The position numbers and the translations under genes are program-made. 64,000 bases of DNA, from NCBI GenBank assembly GCA_964106645.2, contig OZ067043.1. One strand, written 5' to 3'. Source of the stretch: Podarcis pityusensis. Taxonomy: Eukaryota. The notes beneath the pieces were generated by a model, which saw nothing but the letters and a program-made list of their open reading frames with translations, did not search any database and was not told the DNA's origin. Each line of letters opens with the position of its first letter. The stretch's first letter is position 1. Positions 25,611 through 37,944 of this stretch are shown here, in pieces.

Positions 25611-26997
25611 GAGGGAAAATCCTGCAGAAACCCTCTCATTCAGTCATCATTTGTAGGGCTTTTTGGAGGAAGTATGCAATTTTCAAAAAGTGTATCTGCT
25701 AACTTTTTAACCTCTTGTCATTTTGCCTGTTATTGTAAACTGCTTTGAGGCTTTATTACAACCCAGCGGTGTATAAATCTTTTGAAACAAACAAACAAAT
25801 TGTCCGCAGTGAAAGCATGTGACTTGGCCTGATTTCATGAGTGCCGATCTTTGTGCTTGTAAAGAAGATAACCCCCAACTTGAGCAGATGAATGAGCTAT
25901 GCAAGGCTCATCAGGTGCTAGTGCAAGGCAACCACAGTTGTATTATTTTCCGAATTCTCATTCCTACTATCTGGCTTTTGATTGCCTGTGCCCTTTGGGA
26001 AGCTGCAGCTCTCTTTCATTCCATTTTCCTTCCTCCTGTTCCCCAGTGGCAGAAATGAATCAGTTCACTGGGATGGCTTTGGAAAATATAGATTGTGCAC
26101 CAGCATTTCGTAAGATTCTCCCCCCTCCCCAAATGAAAACATCTGCTGGGGGAACAGCTGCAGAGGATGTCTGTGTCTATGTGGGCTCTCCTCGCTTCAG
26201 GTGATGTGCTTGCTCGAGTGAGCCAGCCGCCCAGCCAGCCAGCCAAGCAGGCGTTGCTTCAGCACTAGACGGCGCCTCAGTCCACCAAAGGAGATCTTTG
26301 CTCAGCATGCTCCAGTGAGCTTTGGCAGCATCCGGATATTGCAAAGTAACATAAGCCCATGTAGTCGAGGAAAATAAAACCTCCCCAGAGTTCTCTGCAT
26401 GGCCCCTTGCACTTGCTTGGCGGAATGTTGGCACAGCAGTTTGCAGCTAGCATCTCCAGAACAGAAGGCGTCCCTGCCTAATAGGAGACTGTCATGTCAC
26501 CCCTCTGTGTTGTTAATTCCTTCTTACACATCCCCATGCCTTTTCACAGAGCGCAGTTGTAGGCAGGAGACATATAATGAGGTGGTGCGTGATATACAGT
26601 ATAAAAGGCCTGACAAACAGCATCTGACTTCTTCCGGGGAAGCATCCTTTCCCATTTTGACTCGCTGAAATTTCATGCCTATTATTGGCAACAAGCAGCT
26701 GGCTGGTGTGTAGGAGGGTTTCTGCACTGCAGCCTTGCAAAGAACAATTTTAAGAGGGCACCCACAGCCTGCTCCTCTCACCTGTGGGGCTCCTCCTCCT
26801 CCTCTTCCTCCCTTGCTGTTCCCTCACCTTGCTGTTGTGAGTCATTTCCCCCCTTCTAAAATATCCATGCTTGCTTCTAAAATATCCCTGTGTGCAGCTT
26901 CTGCAACTCCTGTAGTATTAAAGGGCTTCTAGCTTTGGGGGCTAGGATAACTGTACAGAAGCCACCATGGTGCTGCCCTCCTCTTGCAGCCTAAAAA

Positions 26998-27137
26998 GAG
27001 GGATGGGGGAACCTTTGGCCCTGCAGATGCCATTTGACATGATTTCCCCACTATCTCTGCCCATTGGTCATGCTGGCTGGGACTGCTGGGAGCTGGAGTC
27101 CAACCCCATGTGTTGAGCCACAGGCTCCTCATCTCTG
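26998..27137. mobile_element. hAT-type hairpin MITE, degenerate
   Basis: gggatgggggaacctttggccctgcagatg ... ccacaggctcctcatctctg. Confidence 0.65.
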
Positions 27138-27273
27138 CCTTTAAAGAGCAGCTGTTGCAGCCATATGGGCAGCTACAAAACAATTGCATCTATACAGAAG
27201 AAGGAGCTGTGGAAGGCATATTAAGTTTGCCATTGAGGTGCTTTGGGGGAATCAATTGCTTTTCAGCCCAGCT

Positions 27274-27625
27274 GAAGAGCATAAGAAGAGCCTGATGCCC
27301 CTGTGGGAAATCGTCAAGCAGGACCCAAGCACAAGAGTGCTCTCCCCTCCTGTAGTTTCCAGTAACTGGCATTCAGAAAGATTACTGCCTCCAACTGTGG
27401 AGGCGGAGCATAGCCATCATGGCTTGTATACGATAGCATTAGCCTCCACAAATTAGTCCAGTCCTCTTCTAAAGCCATCCAAGTCAGTGGCCTCCTGTGT
27501 GAAGGAGCAAATTCCATAGTTTACCTATGCACTGCACAAAGAAGTACTTTCTTTCACCTGTTCTGAATCATCCAAGAGCCAGCTTTGTTGGGTGTCCAGA
27601 AGTTCTAATATTACAAGACAGGGAG
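27274..27625 (-). mobile_element. CR1 LINE 3' end
   Basis: aagagcataagaagagcctg...aagccatccaag...aattccatagtttacctatgcactgcacaaagaagtactt, covering the ORF2 end and 3' UTR in reverse. Confidence 0.8.
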
Positions 27626-27649
27626 ACAGTGCTATGAGAGAGGGAGGCA

Positions 27650-28240
27650 GCCGTCTAGCCCAGCATCCTGTTTATAGCAACAACCAACTAGATGCCCCTT
27701 GGAAGCCCACAAGCAGAGCTTGAAGGCGATAGTCCTCCTATACTGTTGCTCTGGGGATGCGGGTGGCGCTGTGGGTTAAACCACAGAGCCTAGGGCTTGC
27801 TGATCGGAAGGTTGGTGGTTCGAATCCCTGTCACGGGGTGAGCTCCCATTGCTCAGTCCCTGCTCCTGCCAACCTGGCAGTTCGAAAGCATGTCAAAGTG
27901 CAAGTAGATAAATAGGTACCGCTCTGGCGGGAAGGTAAACACCGTTTCCATGTGCTGCTCTAGTTCACCAGAAGCGGCTTAGTCATTCTGGCCACATGAC
28001 CCAGAAGCTGCACGCTGGCTCCCTCGGCCAGTAAAGTGAGATGAGCGCCGCAACCCCAGAGTCGGTCACAACTGGACCTAATGGTCAGGGGTTCCCTTAC
28101 CTTTATTGTTGCTCTGAGTGACACTGAGGTTTCCAGTGGCCACTGAATATTAGTGTTCCAATAGCAATTGATAGATATGTCTTCCATGGATTTGTTTAAT
28201 CCCCTTTCAGAGCCATCTAAATTAATGGCCACCATCACAT
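27650..28240 (-). mobile_element. CR1 LINE 3' fragment interrupted by a Sauria SINE
   Basis: ccgtctagcccagcatcctg...gaagcccacaagcag before the SINE, and ttccatggatttgtttaatcccctttcagagccatctaa after it. Confidence 0.7.
27754..28103 (+). mobile_element. Sauria SINE (POM/Squam1-type), full length
   Basis: gggatgcgggtggcgctgtgggttaaacc head, B box ggttcgaatcc, the characteristic gtgcaagtagataaataggtacc core and an accttt tail. TSD tactgttgctctg (27741-27753) / tattgttgctctg (28104-28116). Confidence 0.95.
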
Positions 28241-28249
28241 TTCATAAAT

Positions 28250-28406
28250 AAAGAAATCTGTCTTCATTTAAGACCATTGGTTTATGTAGATCAATGTCCT
28301 CAAAACAGATCGGCAATGGCTGTCTAGTGTTCCAGGCACAAACGTTTCCCAGTCCTAACTGGAAATGCTCGGCATTAAACCCAAATGTATGCTTTCTACC
28401 ACTGAG
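28250..28406 (-). mobile_element. tRNA-derived SINE (Squam3-type), degenerate
   Basis: aagaccattgg...tttcccagtcctaactggaaatgctcggcattaaaccc...ctaccactgag. Confidence 0.55.
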
Positions 28407-29022
28407 TGTCATGAACTGGCAGGATGATGGGGAGGAGGAAGAGGGGTGTATCCAGGACTGGAACACATTGGGGCAAGTCATGGATGGGGAAGGAAGTACT
28501 GACAGGGTGACCGAGAATGGCAAGGGGATGGGGGTCAGTGCACAGGAACCAGAGCAGCAGGACCCATCACTGGAGCCAGAGAGGCCCTTGTCTCCACAAA
28601 CATGGTAGGCTCTGAGACATAGGGAGCAGTGGGAGTGGTGCTCTAGGAGGCTAAGGCAGGCAAGGACCCACAGCCCAACTCCCTAGCTGGCCAGGTGGGG
28701 CTCACTAGCTCTGGGAGAAGGTGTGTGATTCCTCAGCTGGAGAAGGCTTGGAACAGGTGAGGGTTGCATGCCTCATCAAGCCCAGATGCTGCAGTCAGCA
28801 TGCAAAAGGGAAGCAGAGCTGAGGTGCTGTGTCTGCTCAACTGCTCATGTTGATGGGCCTTGACTTGGATGCACCTGGACCTCTAGGGGACTGTGCTTCA
28901 GGTTTGACTCTGAACTGTATCCTGACTGCTGGTCTTCAGACTTGGCTACTTGGTTCGTCCCTGGACTGCATTTTCTGACTTTTGCACTTTGGACTTGACA
29001 CACTGCCTTGCTGCCAGGTAGG
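28407..29022 (+). mobile_element. Solo LTR-like element, 3' terminus missing
   Basis: Starts TGtcatgaactggcaggatga and is colinear with the inverted copy at 62571-63059 up to cttgctgccaggtagg. Confidence 0.7.
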
Positions 29023-32000
29023 TTCTACCAGTTTTCTATATCTTTGTGATACTTTCATTATGCAATCTGTTCATGACTGCCACTGTTTTAAATATAGAGC
29101 TGCATCTTCCTGGAAACTTCTTTAATTTCTGGTTTGGCATTCTAATGATTTACCAGGTATATGTGAGGCTATCCCTGAAAAAAGAAATCACCCCAGAATC
29201 CTAGGTGTATCCTGGTGCCTACAAGCACCTAACAATGACAATTCAGTCTGCAGTCTCCATCTTTAGATTGAGTCAAAATGCAGATCTCAATGCTTCAAGA
29301 TTCAGGCCAATCTTTTAATTTCACCTCCACATCCCCACAACACTTGCTTTGTGTAACATCTCACCTGAGCTTGCATATTATTTTGCAACATGTTGTTTGC
29401 CCAACTATGGAATTTGGAGTGTGTTTCCTTCTTATGGACTAACATGGTTATCTTTGCTTTTTATGAAAAAAATAAAAAGGATGTGGGTTTGCAGAACATC
29501 ATGGTTACATCATACCAAGATTATGCTGCCAGAACAACATGCTCTGCTTTTATCATGCTTGTCTTCTAGGGGAATACACAGCTTGTGCAAATCAAACCAC
29601 AGAGCTTTTGTATAGGTGTATAGGACATATGAAAAATGCCCCTATTCAGTCATCCTCTGTCCCATCTGAAGAGCTTCTTTATTATTCTATCATATGGGGT
29701 GGTAAGTATATGCATGGACATCACCTGATTCATATCCCATTAGTCAATGATGCTCATCTGAATGTGTGAATGGCATCCATTGATACTGAATTTGAGAACC
29801 AACATCAGATGTGATGTGTGAGATGCAAGGTGTCTCTTCTGGCTTTTTTAAAAATTGAAAAGCAATTGTGGAGGTTGTGAATTGGATCACAGCAGCAGTG
29901 TGACCCCCTCCCCATGGGCTATTTTGCAATCAAGTAGTTTTCCCACCTGCAAGGGGGAAAAAAAAAGATGAGATTCCTGTACTTTCCACCCCAGGGCGGA
30001 GAAGTAGTTTGGGGGAATGTTTTTTTATTTGAAAAAACAGCCTTCAGGGAACAGGTTAAGCACTTCCTCTTCCAATACCACCACCATAATCAAATCTGAA
30101 GTGCTGCAAAGCTTTATATTACAGTAAAAAAGAAAGAGAGAAGTCAGAAGACTCATCAGTCTCTCTTGTTATGTGTAGTTTAGACCTAATGGTAACATGA
30201 AATGATATGAGAATTCTGCTTTTGGTGTTTCAATCTGTAGCGCAGTGGTGGTTGGAGCCCATTGGTCTCCTTGTCTTCTGCCTACCAGTCCCAAGAGTAG
30301 ATGGAGCTGGAGCCAATGGCAAGCAGATCCACCCCCAAATGCTTGTAAGTAAGAAGCCAGGCAGCTGTATGCTATCTGAGGGAAGACTGAGGATGGTGGG
30401 GCAACATTCCATTCATTATGGACCAGCCTCCACTGCTGTAGTGGCTGTTTTGCACATAAAACTCATCCATCAATGTTGTTGTCACTACGTCTTACCCAGG
30501 TGAACTCAACCTAAATCTTCCGGTGCCAGCCAGCAGCACCTCCGTAATGTAACGACTGCAGTACAGCCTTGCAAACAAAAACGTTTCTGCAGTTTGGAAG
30601 AAAGCTGTGCTGGTGCACATGCTTAGGACTGTGAATGTGCTATCTGTACCTTATCTGAATCTATTTGTACCTTGGAGGATGAATACATTGGAATGCAGCG
30701 AACAGCATACCATGGTAATGGGGCCATATAAAACTGATAGAGCTCTGTGTGTTGAAGTATGTCAGCTGAGGATTCTGTTGGGGAATTTCATTATACTTCC
30801 TAGAGTTGTGAATTGTTGCAGCTTTAGTGGTTTATAATAGCTGAAGATCTATTCTCTCTTTATTTTCTCTCTTAAATGGAGAACAGGACAGAAGAGCCTT
30901 TTTCTCTCTTAGTAATCTTTTTTCCCTTCTCTTTGGGAAGAGGCCCTTTGAAGCCTGCTTCTTCATTGTTGTGCAACATGGGCTTTGAGCAGAACAATAC
31001 CACTTCTTCCTCATTTCTTAGTTATGATTTTTGGGACCTTGAAGATGTGATGCTTTCGGATTTTTTTGTGTGCATGCTGGTCTAGAAACAGGGTGCTACA
31101 AAAGGCGTTTCTACTTTTTTTTGTCTGTCTATCATTTGTGGTGTCTTCTTTTTTGTCTCCTCCAGCTGAACTTTTTATGGATTTAGTTCTATAGACATTA
31201 CAGCTCATTAGAGTTTACAGATATTTCAGTTTGATGAGTTAAAGATGCCCAGCCTAACACCTTTCCTTTAGCACAAAGAGGAAATTTCAGCTTGTACCAG
31301 ATCAATTTTATCTTTAAAAAAGCATTGTACCAATAAAACCACAAGTGCTTTGTTAAATACATGTGGTGGCTTTCTTGTGCAGAATATGTTGTCTTAGTGT
31401 TTGTTTGTTTCAGTAAAGGCATCTGTATTGCCTTCTTCTCACCCCCACTGCTATAGCAATTCTGGCCAATAGAGAAAATGACCTTCGTGACTGGAAAAAG
31501 GCCAACAAACTGGAGTCTTTAAGAGGATGGCTATTTTCTTTAAAAAGGACCAAGAGGAGCTATTGGCAGTTAATCTGCACATTGTAAGGAAGGGGGAAAT
31601 GATCTGATGGAGGAAGTTTTGAGGCCAGCAGCTCTATGAGAGATTGCCCTGTGTCATTTCTGGCTGAAATAAATAACAGAGCTCTCTTAGTTTTGCATGT
31701 TATGGAGGAAGAGCTGGTCTTTATGTGACTTTCAATTTGTGCCTTTCCGAGTTTCTAGTTGGGAACTTCTGTATTTCCACCATATAGCCCCTGCATGCTT
31801 AAGGATTCTAGGATGTGTTCTAAGGAGTACACTCGGTTCAAATGGGGCACTGGGCAGACCTGTTGGACCTCGCTGTTGCTCAGCTTGAACTGGTGGTGTG
31901 ATCAAGAGCCAGGGCCAGCTAAAGACATTTGGGTGGTTGAGTTGACAGACAAAGATGGCACCCTCCATTCTGCATACCGAAGCTGGCTGGACTGGCAGCT

Positions 32001-32819
32001 GAATCTTATTTCAACACTGGTGATGGGAGAGCATTCTCACGAGGGCAGAAATCTATTTTAAGCAGTGCTGAACAGACTGCCACTCTCTCTTCCTTCCCCC
32101 AGTATCCTTGCCTAGAGCCCACCCAATATTAACCTGGAGTGTCTGGGGAAGATTAATTGTGGTGGACAAGTGGGTCTTCAGAGAAACATGTTTGCTATTG
32201 AAGACTGAAGAAGTCTTGATGAGCTTCCAACCCACCACCCCCAGGATTCCCTGGTGACCACTGCAGCATCCCCTCCCACTTGTTAGCCCTGAAATCATTC
32301 CTGCCTCTGTTGTATCCATCAATAGCTTGCAAGGTCTCTGAGTTGTAACTATGTCACGTCTATGTGCTGCTTAGCTTCAAGCCATACTGCCAATAAAGAA
32401 ATAAATAGCATCAATATTAGTTGCATGGATTACGTAATGTGGAAAAAAAATGGCTCCAAATCTCCACCTAGGATTTAGACCTGTCATAATCTGTTAGTCC
32501 AGTAGTGGAGAACCTCTGGTCCATGTGTTGAATGCATTTAAGATCCGTTTTTTTAAAAGCAAGCAATGTAAGATTTGCCCCAATGGATCAGGGCAAGACT
32601 CAACTAGTCCGGCATTCTGTTTCCAGGAGTGACCAGATATAGTTCCCTCTGGTTGCTTACAAGCAAGGCAAAATATGATGGCTTCCCTTTGTCATTTGCC
32701 CCTTGTACCTGGTTTTTAGAGGTATGCAGCCTCCGATTTCAGTGGAGGATTTCTGCGCATGCAGTTCCTTCCCCAGTGAAATCATTTGGACTTGTGAGTA
32801 CTTTAGCTGGGTCCTGTCT

Positions 32820-32975
32820 AATAGGTTTAAACTACAAGGAGGAAGATTTAGGAAGGGACATTCTAATTAAAAGAGCAATTCACCAGTGGCATAAGGTGCC
32901 TAATGAGACTGTGGAATCTTCTGTTGTGGAGCCTTTCAGGAAAAGATTGGACAAGCATCTGGCCAGAATTCTTTT
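32820..32975 (+). mobile_element. CR1 (L3-like) ORF2 3' fragment
   Basis: Translates to RAIHQWHKVPNETVESSVVEPFRKRLDKHL, matching the CR1 C-terminus (WNxLPxEVV..S...FKxRLDxHL). Confidence 0.75.
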
Positions 32976-35900
32976 TGGCATAGCATGACCCATTTCTGGG
33001 CAATTGGTATGTCTATATAATTCACAGGATCATGTCACTTATGTGATTTCAAGGCTTGTCTAGCACCCACAGCCTAAGTAAAAACATTGCAAATGATTAT
33101 TGCAACTTTTGCAAGTAACCAAGCCATGCCCAGGCCTTGCTTTCATCCACAGCATATGGCTACAGTCACGAAGGTCAACAGAATTCTGCACCTGTGCAGA
33201 TGGCTCTCCAGGTAAATGGTCTAATTCAATATAAGGCAGATTCCCTACCTTGAGCAAGTTGATATTGCTCAACTGCCACACACAATTTTGATACTGTATT
33301 CAGCAGTGCTGGGAAGCTGTTTCTTAGATATTTTAAAGGCTTCCAGTGACTGCTCCTCTCTTTTATGTGATGAGGGCAAGAGGTGAGTTGTTCAAATCCC
33401 TCTTGTTTGTCTATGATGAAGCTGTATTGATTCCTGTGAATGATAAATATTGCATTATGTGCTGCTTATGGCGAGCCATTTGCTGACGGGACTGAATTAT
33501 CTTTGAGTATTTCATCCTGTCTCCCCATCCTTCCTCCACCCCACCGATGACCAGCTGTCTAAAAAACCAGATCCCCCACCCTGACAGTCTTCTCCAGCAG
33601 GCATCTTTGCATTATTTGATAAATGTCTGCAGTTTGCTGCAAACAGTGGAGGAGACAAGCACAGCCTGCAGAACGAAGGACAATCGTGATCTTCAGGCGT
33701 CTCTCCTCTCAAACTGCTAGAGTTGGCCCTAATGAAGCAAATGCATTTCATTGTTACAGCCAATTTTCCCTCTCCTCCTTCCCCTGCCAGTCACTCTGGT
33801 AGCTAAACACAATTCCCTCTTTGATTGTCACACACAGGTCTCTGCTGGGGAGGCAGAATGCCATTCAACAGCACAGCGTTGGCTGGGTTGAGCTGGGTTT
33901 TTAAAAGTTAATTGTATTTTGACATTCCTGGTTGTGACACACATTTTGATAATGTTTGGCTCCTGGGCTGACAGTGAGAGGCACATGGAGAGAAGGATAA
34001 GTCGCACAGTTATTGTAAAGGCAGCCACCCTGACCAGGAGTTTGGGAGAAAACAAGGAAGTGACGCTCATCTATTCAGCTACAGAGTCACAAGGGCTTCT
34101 AATTATAAGCAATTCTGTTCTTAGGAAACTAAGAGACTAAATCAACACCTGCATGGCTCCATAGCTGCAGCTAGAGGTACAGTCGCTTGGCTTTCTCAGA
34201 GAATTGGGCCCAAAGTGAAATCTCAGACTAAGAGCTGTTCCTTTGTCACCCACTCTGTGCAGAATGAACAAGCTGCACAGTTTGGGGTGAAAAGAGGCTA
34301 GGAAGGTTGATGACTGAAAGGGAGAAGAAATTAAGGCTGTGGCTGACAATCCTCTGCATGCTCCTTTGGACTTCAGTGAGGTTTAAGTGTATGTTGCCAG
34401 TAAAACTGTCTACACTCTTCGAAGATGACATGTTTAGGTTCACTGTTCCTTTACCCAGAAAGCTAGGCGCAAACAATTGTAGGATTTTCTGTATGCTTGA
34501 TTGTCTGATTCAGAGGTGCCTTAATTCTGGCTGCATCTGCTTCTTTGAGAAAAGTTAACTATTCCCCTTACACTGTGACTGACTAATCCTCAGTGAAATG
34601 GAAAACCTCTTTCTCGTCTCCCCCCCCCCCCCCCAGGTACTGATGCAGGTTTTCATAATCACCTAGGGTTATTTTTAATGGGTGGAGATGCTATTTCACA
34701 TGCACACAAAATGAACTCATCAATAATTGTAAATAAACTTGGCCGCCCCATTTCATAGTGATAGGGAGGCTAAAGCAAAATATTTTTAGTGGTCTTAAAG
34801 TGACAACCAGCTGATGTTTATTATGGTGGAGTACCCAATTGCTCTGAATGAATGGATTTAGTTGGCACCTAGCTAGGTATTAGATTCTTGATCACAGGTG
34901 ACCATGGTGCCAAGAGATCTCTTGCTAACCTTTCTTTTGCAAGCATGAGGGAAATCTCAATCCTACAAATGACATTCATATGATAGATGCCTGTACAATT
35001 CAAAGGGCTGATTTATACATGCATGGCCAACAATATGAAGACTACTATGCTAACAGTATGAAGAATTCAACATGTATAGTTCAGTCATTTTGCTGAACCT
35101 TATCAAGTAATGTGCACACACTTGAGAATCAGCCATTGTATGCTATCCCAAAGGGCTGGTTACTTTTCCATACCGGATATTTACTACCTTGATGTATTTT
35201 CTTTTTTAAAAAGTTTGGCAGAATAGAAATATTTGCAAATAAATAAAACATAAACATTAAAGTTATTTTTATCAAAGCAGCAACTGATTAACCTTTGGTG
35301 ATGAAATAAAGTCAACCTTGGTTCACCAGAAGTGATTCTAATCTAATTGGAGCTCATGGAATCACTTTTTTTTTTTAAAAAGCTATCGTATATATGGAAA
35401 AATCATGCTTGCTAGAATTGGTTAGATTGATTAGATGGTTTGATTGATCTTACATCATTTTTCTAGAGATGTTCCTGTGAGCAGAATCAATATTAGTTTC
35501 TTTTTAGCTAGTCATACCTTAAAGATTTGTCACCAGATAAATTATGCAACTTTCCCCTGCTCATTTTGATAATTTCAAAGCAATCCCACAAAGTGCAAAG
35601 CACTCATCTGGAGTAGAGCCAAATAAAGAAAATGCAATTTTACCTCGCTGTAGTGACAGCAAAGTCGAGTCCTTTGGAAGGGAGCAGATGCAAGCCCTTG
35701 AAGGTTGTGGCCAGATGTTGCAAAGATTCCTGACTGCTCTCATAATATAACTCTGGTGACTGATTAAAATAAAGTAAAATCAAATAAAGGTATGTTCCCA
35801 GTTGCAGACAGTTACTGCCTTTGTATGTTGAGAGCTGAGCCATTATGTCTCTTAAGTTTCTTATTATATCCCAGTCTTTTCACTTAGTTATATGCACCCT

Positions 35901-37128
35901 CATGTTTTGTTGAATCAATATAATTAAGATCGAGAGGAAGGCAGTGGTTACAGCTTATGCTAAATCCAGTGTATTGTCAAAATACCACAATTTTCCATTT
36001 CAAATATGGGTTCATTCATGCATCTTTGCAATTCGTTAGTCTTGGAAACCAATAGTATAGTATAGGTCTCATATATTAAACAATTACCTCTCTCTGAGTC
36101 AGGGTCTTCTTTTACCTTTATGGGAGGGAACAATATTGAGGACCCATGTATCAATGTAGTACAAATGCCAAGTTCCTTGGGGAAACGAGGCTGTGTACGC
36201 ACCTTAGAAAGATACCACCTTTGATATTCCTTTCTCATTGGGTTTCCTGGCTTAGGAATGGGTAATAATGCTTAGCTCTTTTGTATCCTATGTGACCTAT
36301 CTAAAATGGTCCTCAGTCAGCTTGCTGGATGTCAAGCAAGCACACGAAAAAGTGCCCTGTTGATGGTTTTCTGCAGACATGTCAGTGGATGGATGGGAGT
36401 GAACAGGGAATTATCCACTGACCTTTAGAGGAGTTCTGCATCTGCATGGCAGTAATGGTCACACTGCACAGCAACATTGGAGGACTAAATCATATTCTCT
36501 GCCACAGGTTCAGATCAATAGAGATGAACCCCACTCTGAGCCAGGTGTGAAGGTTGGGCTTCTTCAAGTGAGGATGTTGGTGTTTTAGCATAGGGGGTCT
36601 TGAACAGTATGTGTTTTGTACCTTGCATGTCTTACAGACAAATATTGTCCTTGAGGCTCTGTAGCTGTCAATCAAACCCCAGTATGGCTTTTATAGCAGC
36701 TGCTTCTATATTTAATTCAACTGAAGGAAAGGACCAGTCATCTCTCATAAAACATATTTTAAACTTAGAGCTGCTGTTGTTTTTGTGCTATCCTTTCCAT
36801 CCTGCCAAGACTCAGCATATTTTAGAAAGGCTGCTGAAAACCATGATGAGAAGCAATTGGAGAAACTGAGGGGTGGCTGGTTTGGGGGACTGAACTCAAT
36901 GCTTACACAGTGCTTGCTTATATGTACTCTAGCTACAAAGGCTGAATGTGCCTAGAGACCCTCTAGCTGGGAGTCCTGCCAGGCCTGGTCCCTGCTCTCT
37001 GTCTAGGCCATTTCCACCTGGGAAGTGGGATGCTCTGAATGACTTTAGCAACAGAGGTTGCTGCCACCCAGAATGTATTGCATATATTTAGGGAAATGTT
37101 GATATGAATGTTTTCTTTTCAATTTGCT

Positions 37129-37294
37129 AAATGTGGAAATACTGTAAGAAAGAAATGTATCTAGGCCTATGTTTTTGATGTAACTATATACAGTGTTACC
37201 TCGGTTTATGAACTTAATCCGTTCCGGAAGTCCGTTCTTAAACCAAGATCGTTCTTAAACTGAGGGACACATTCCCTAATGAGGCCTCCCACTG
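37129..37294 (-). repeat. Inverted duplicate of 37841-38006 (166 bp, 1 mismatch)
   Basis: Base-by-base reverse-complement match including the MITE right half and about 60 bp of unique flank. Confidence 0.95.
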
Positions 37295-37703
37295 GGTAAT
37301 GGGAGAGCTAGGTGCTGCTCCTGGGGGATGGGTTGGTGGTTGGAGGAAGTTAGCATCCAGCAGACATTCCCTTCTATCAGTCTCTGTATGCAGAGGCACT
37401 CCACCGCCATGAAGCCCCCCCCCCTCGGCAGCCATGGAAAGTATGATAGAGGCAAGACCGCTGCTGGTACTGGACCCCAAAAACACATGTTTCAGGGGTA
37501 GGGTGAAGTTGGGCTTATTTTGCTCTCAAAGAAGAGCCCAACCCAGACTTCCTTGCTGCACCAACCTGGAGCTTGTGCAGCAAAAAAGTGGGGAACTGCC
37601 ACCTCCCTTTTCCCTGGCCAGCAGAATTTCACATGCTCCACTGCTCCCCTCCACCCTGCTGCTCCCCAACCACAGATAGGATTACTCTGCAAACAAGTCA
37701 GTA

Positions 37704-37944
37704 CAGTGGTACCTCAGTTTAAGAACAGTCCTTTTTACAAATGATTCAGTTTACGAACTCCGCAAAACCGGAAGTAGTGTCCCAGTTTGAGAACTTTACC
37801 TCAGTCTAAGAATGGAATCCAAATGGTGGAAGGGCACCGGCAGTGGGAGGCCTCATTAGGGAATGTGTCCCTCAGTTTAAGAACGATCTTGGTTTAAGAA
37901 CGGACTTCCGGAACGGATTAAGTTCATAAACCGAGGTAACACTG
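37704..37944. mobile_element. Tc1/mariner (Tigger/pogo-like) MITE
   Basis: TA-cagtggtacctcagttta ... taaaccgaggtaacactg-TA, i.e. TIRs with a TA TSD. Confidence 0.9.
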
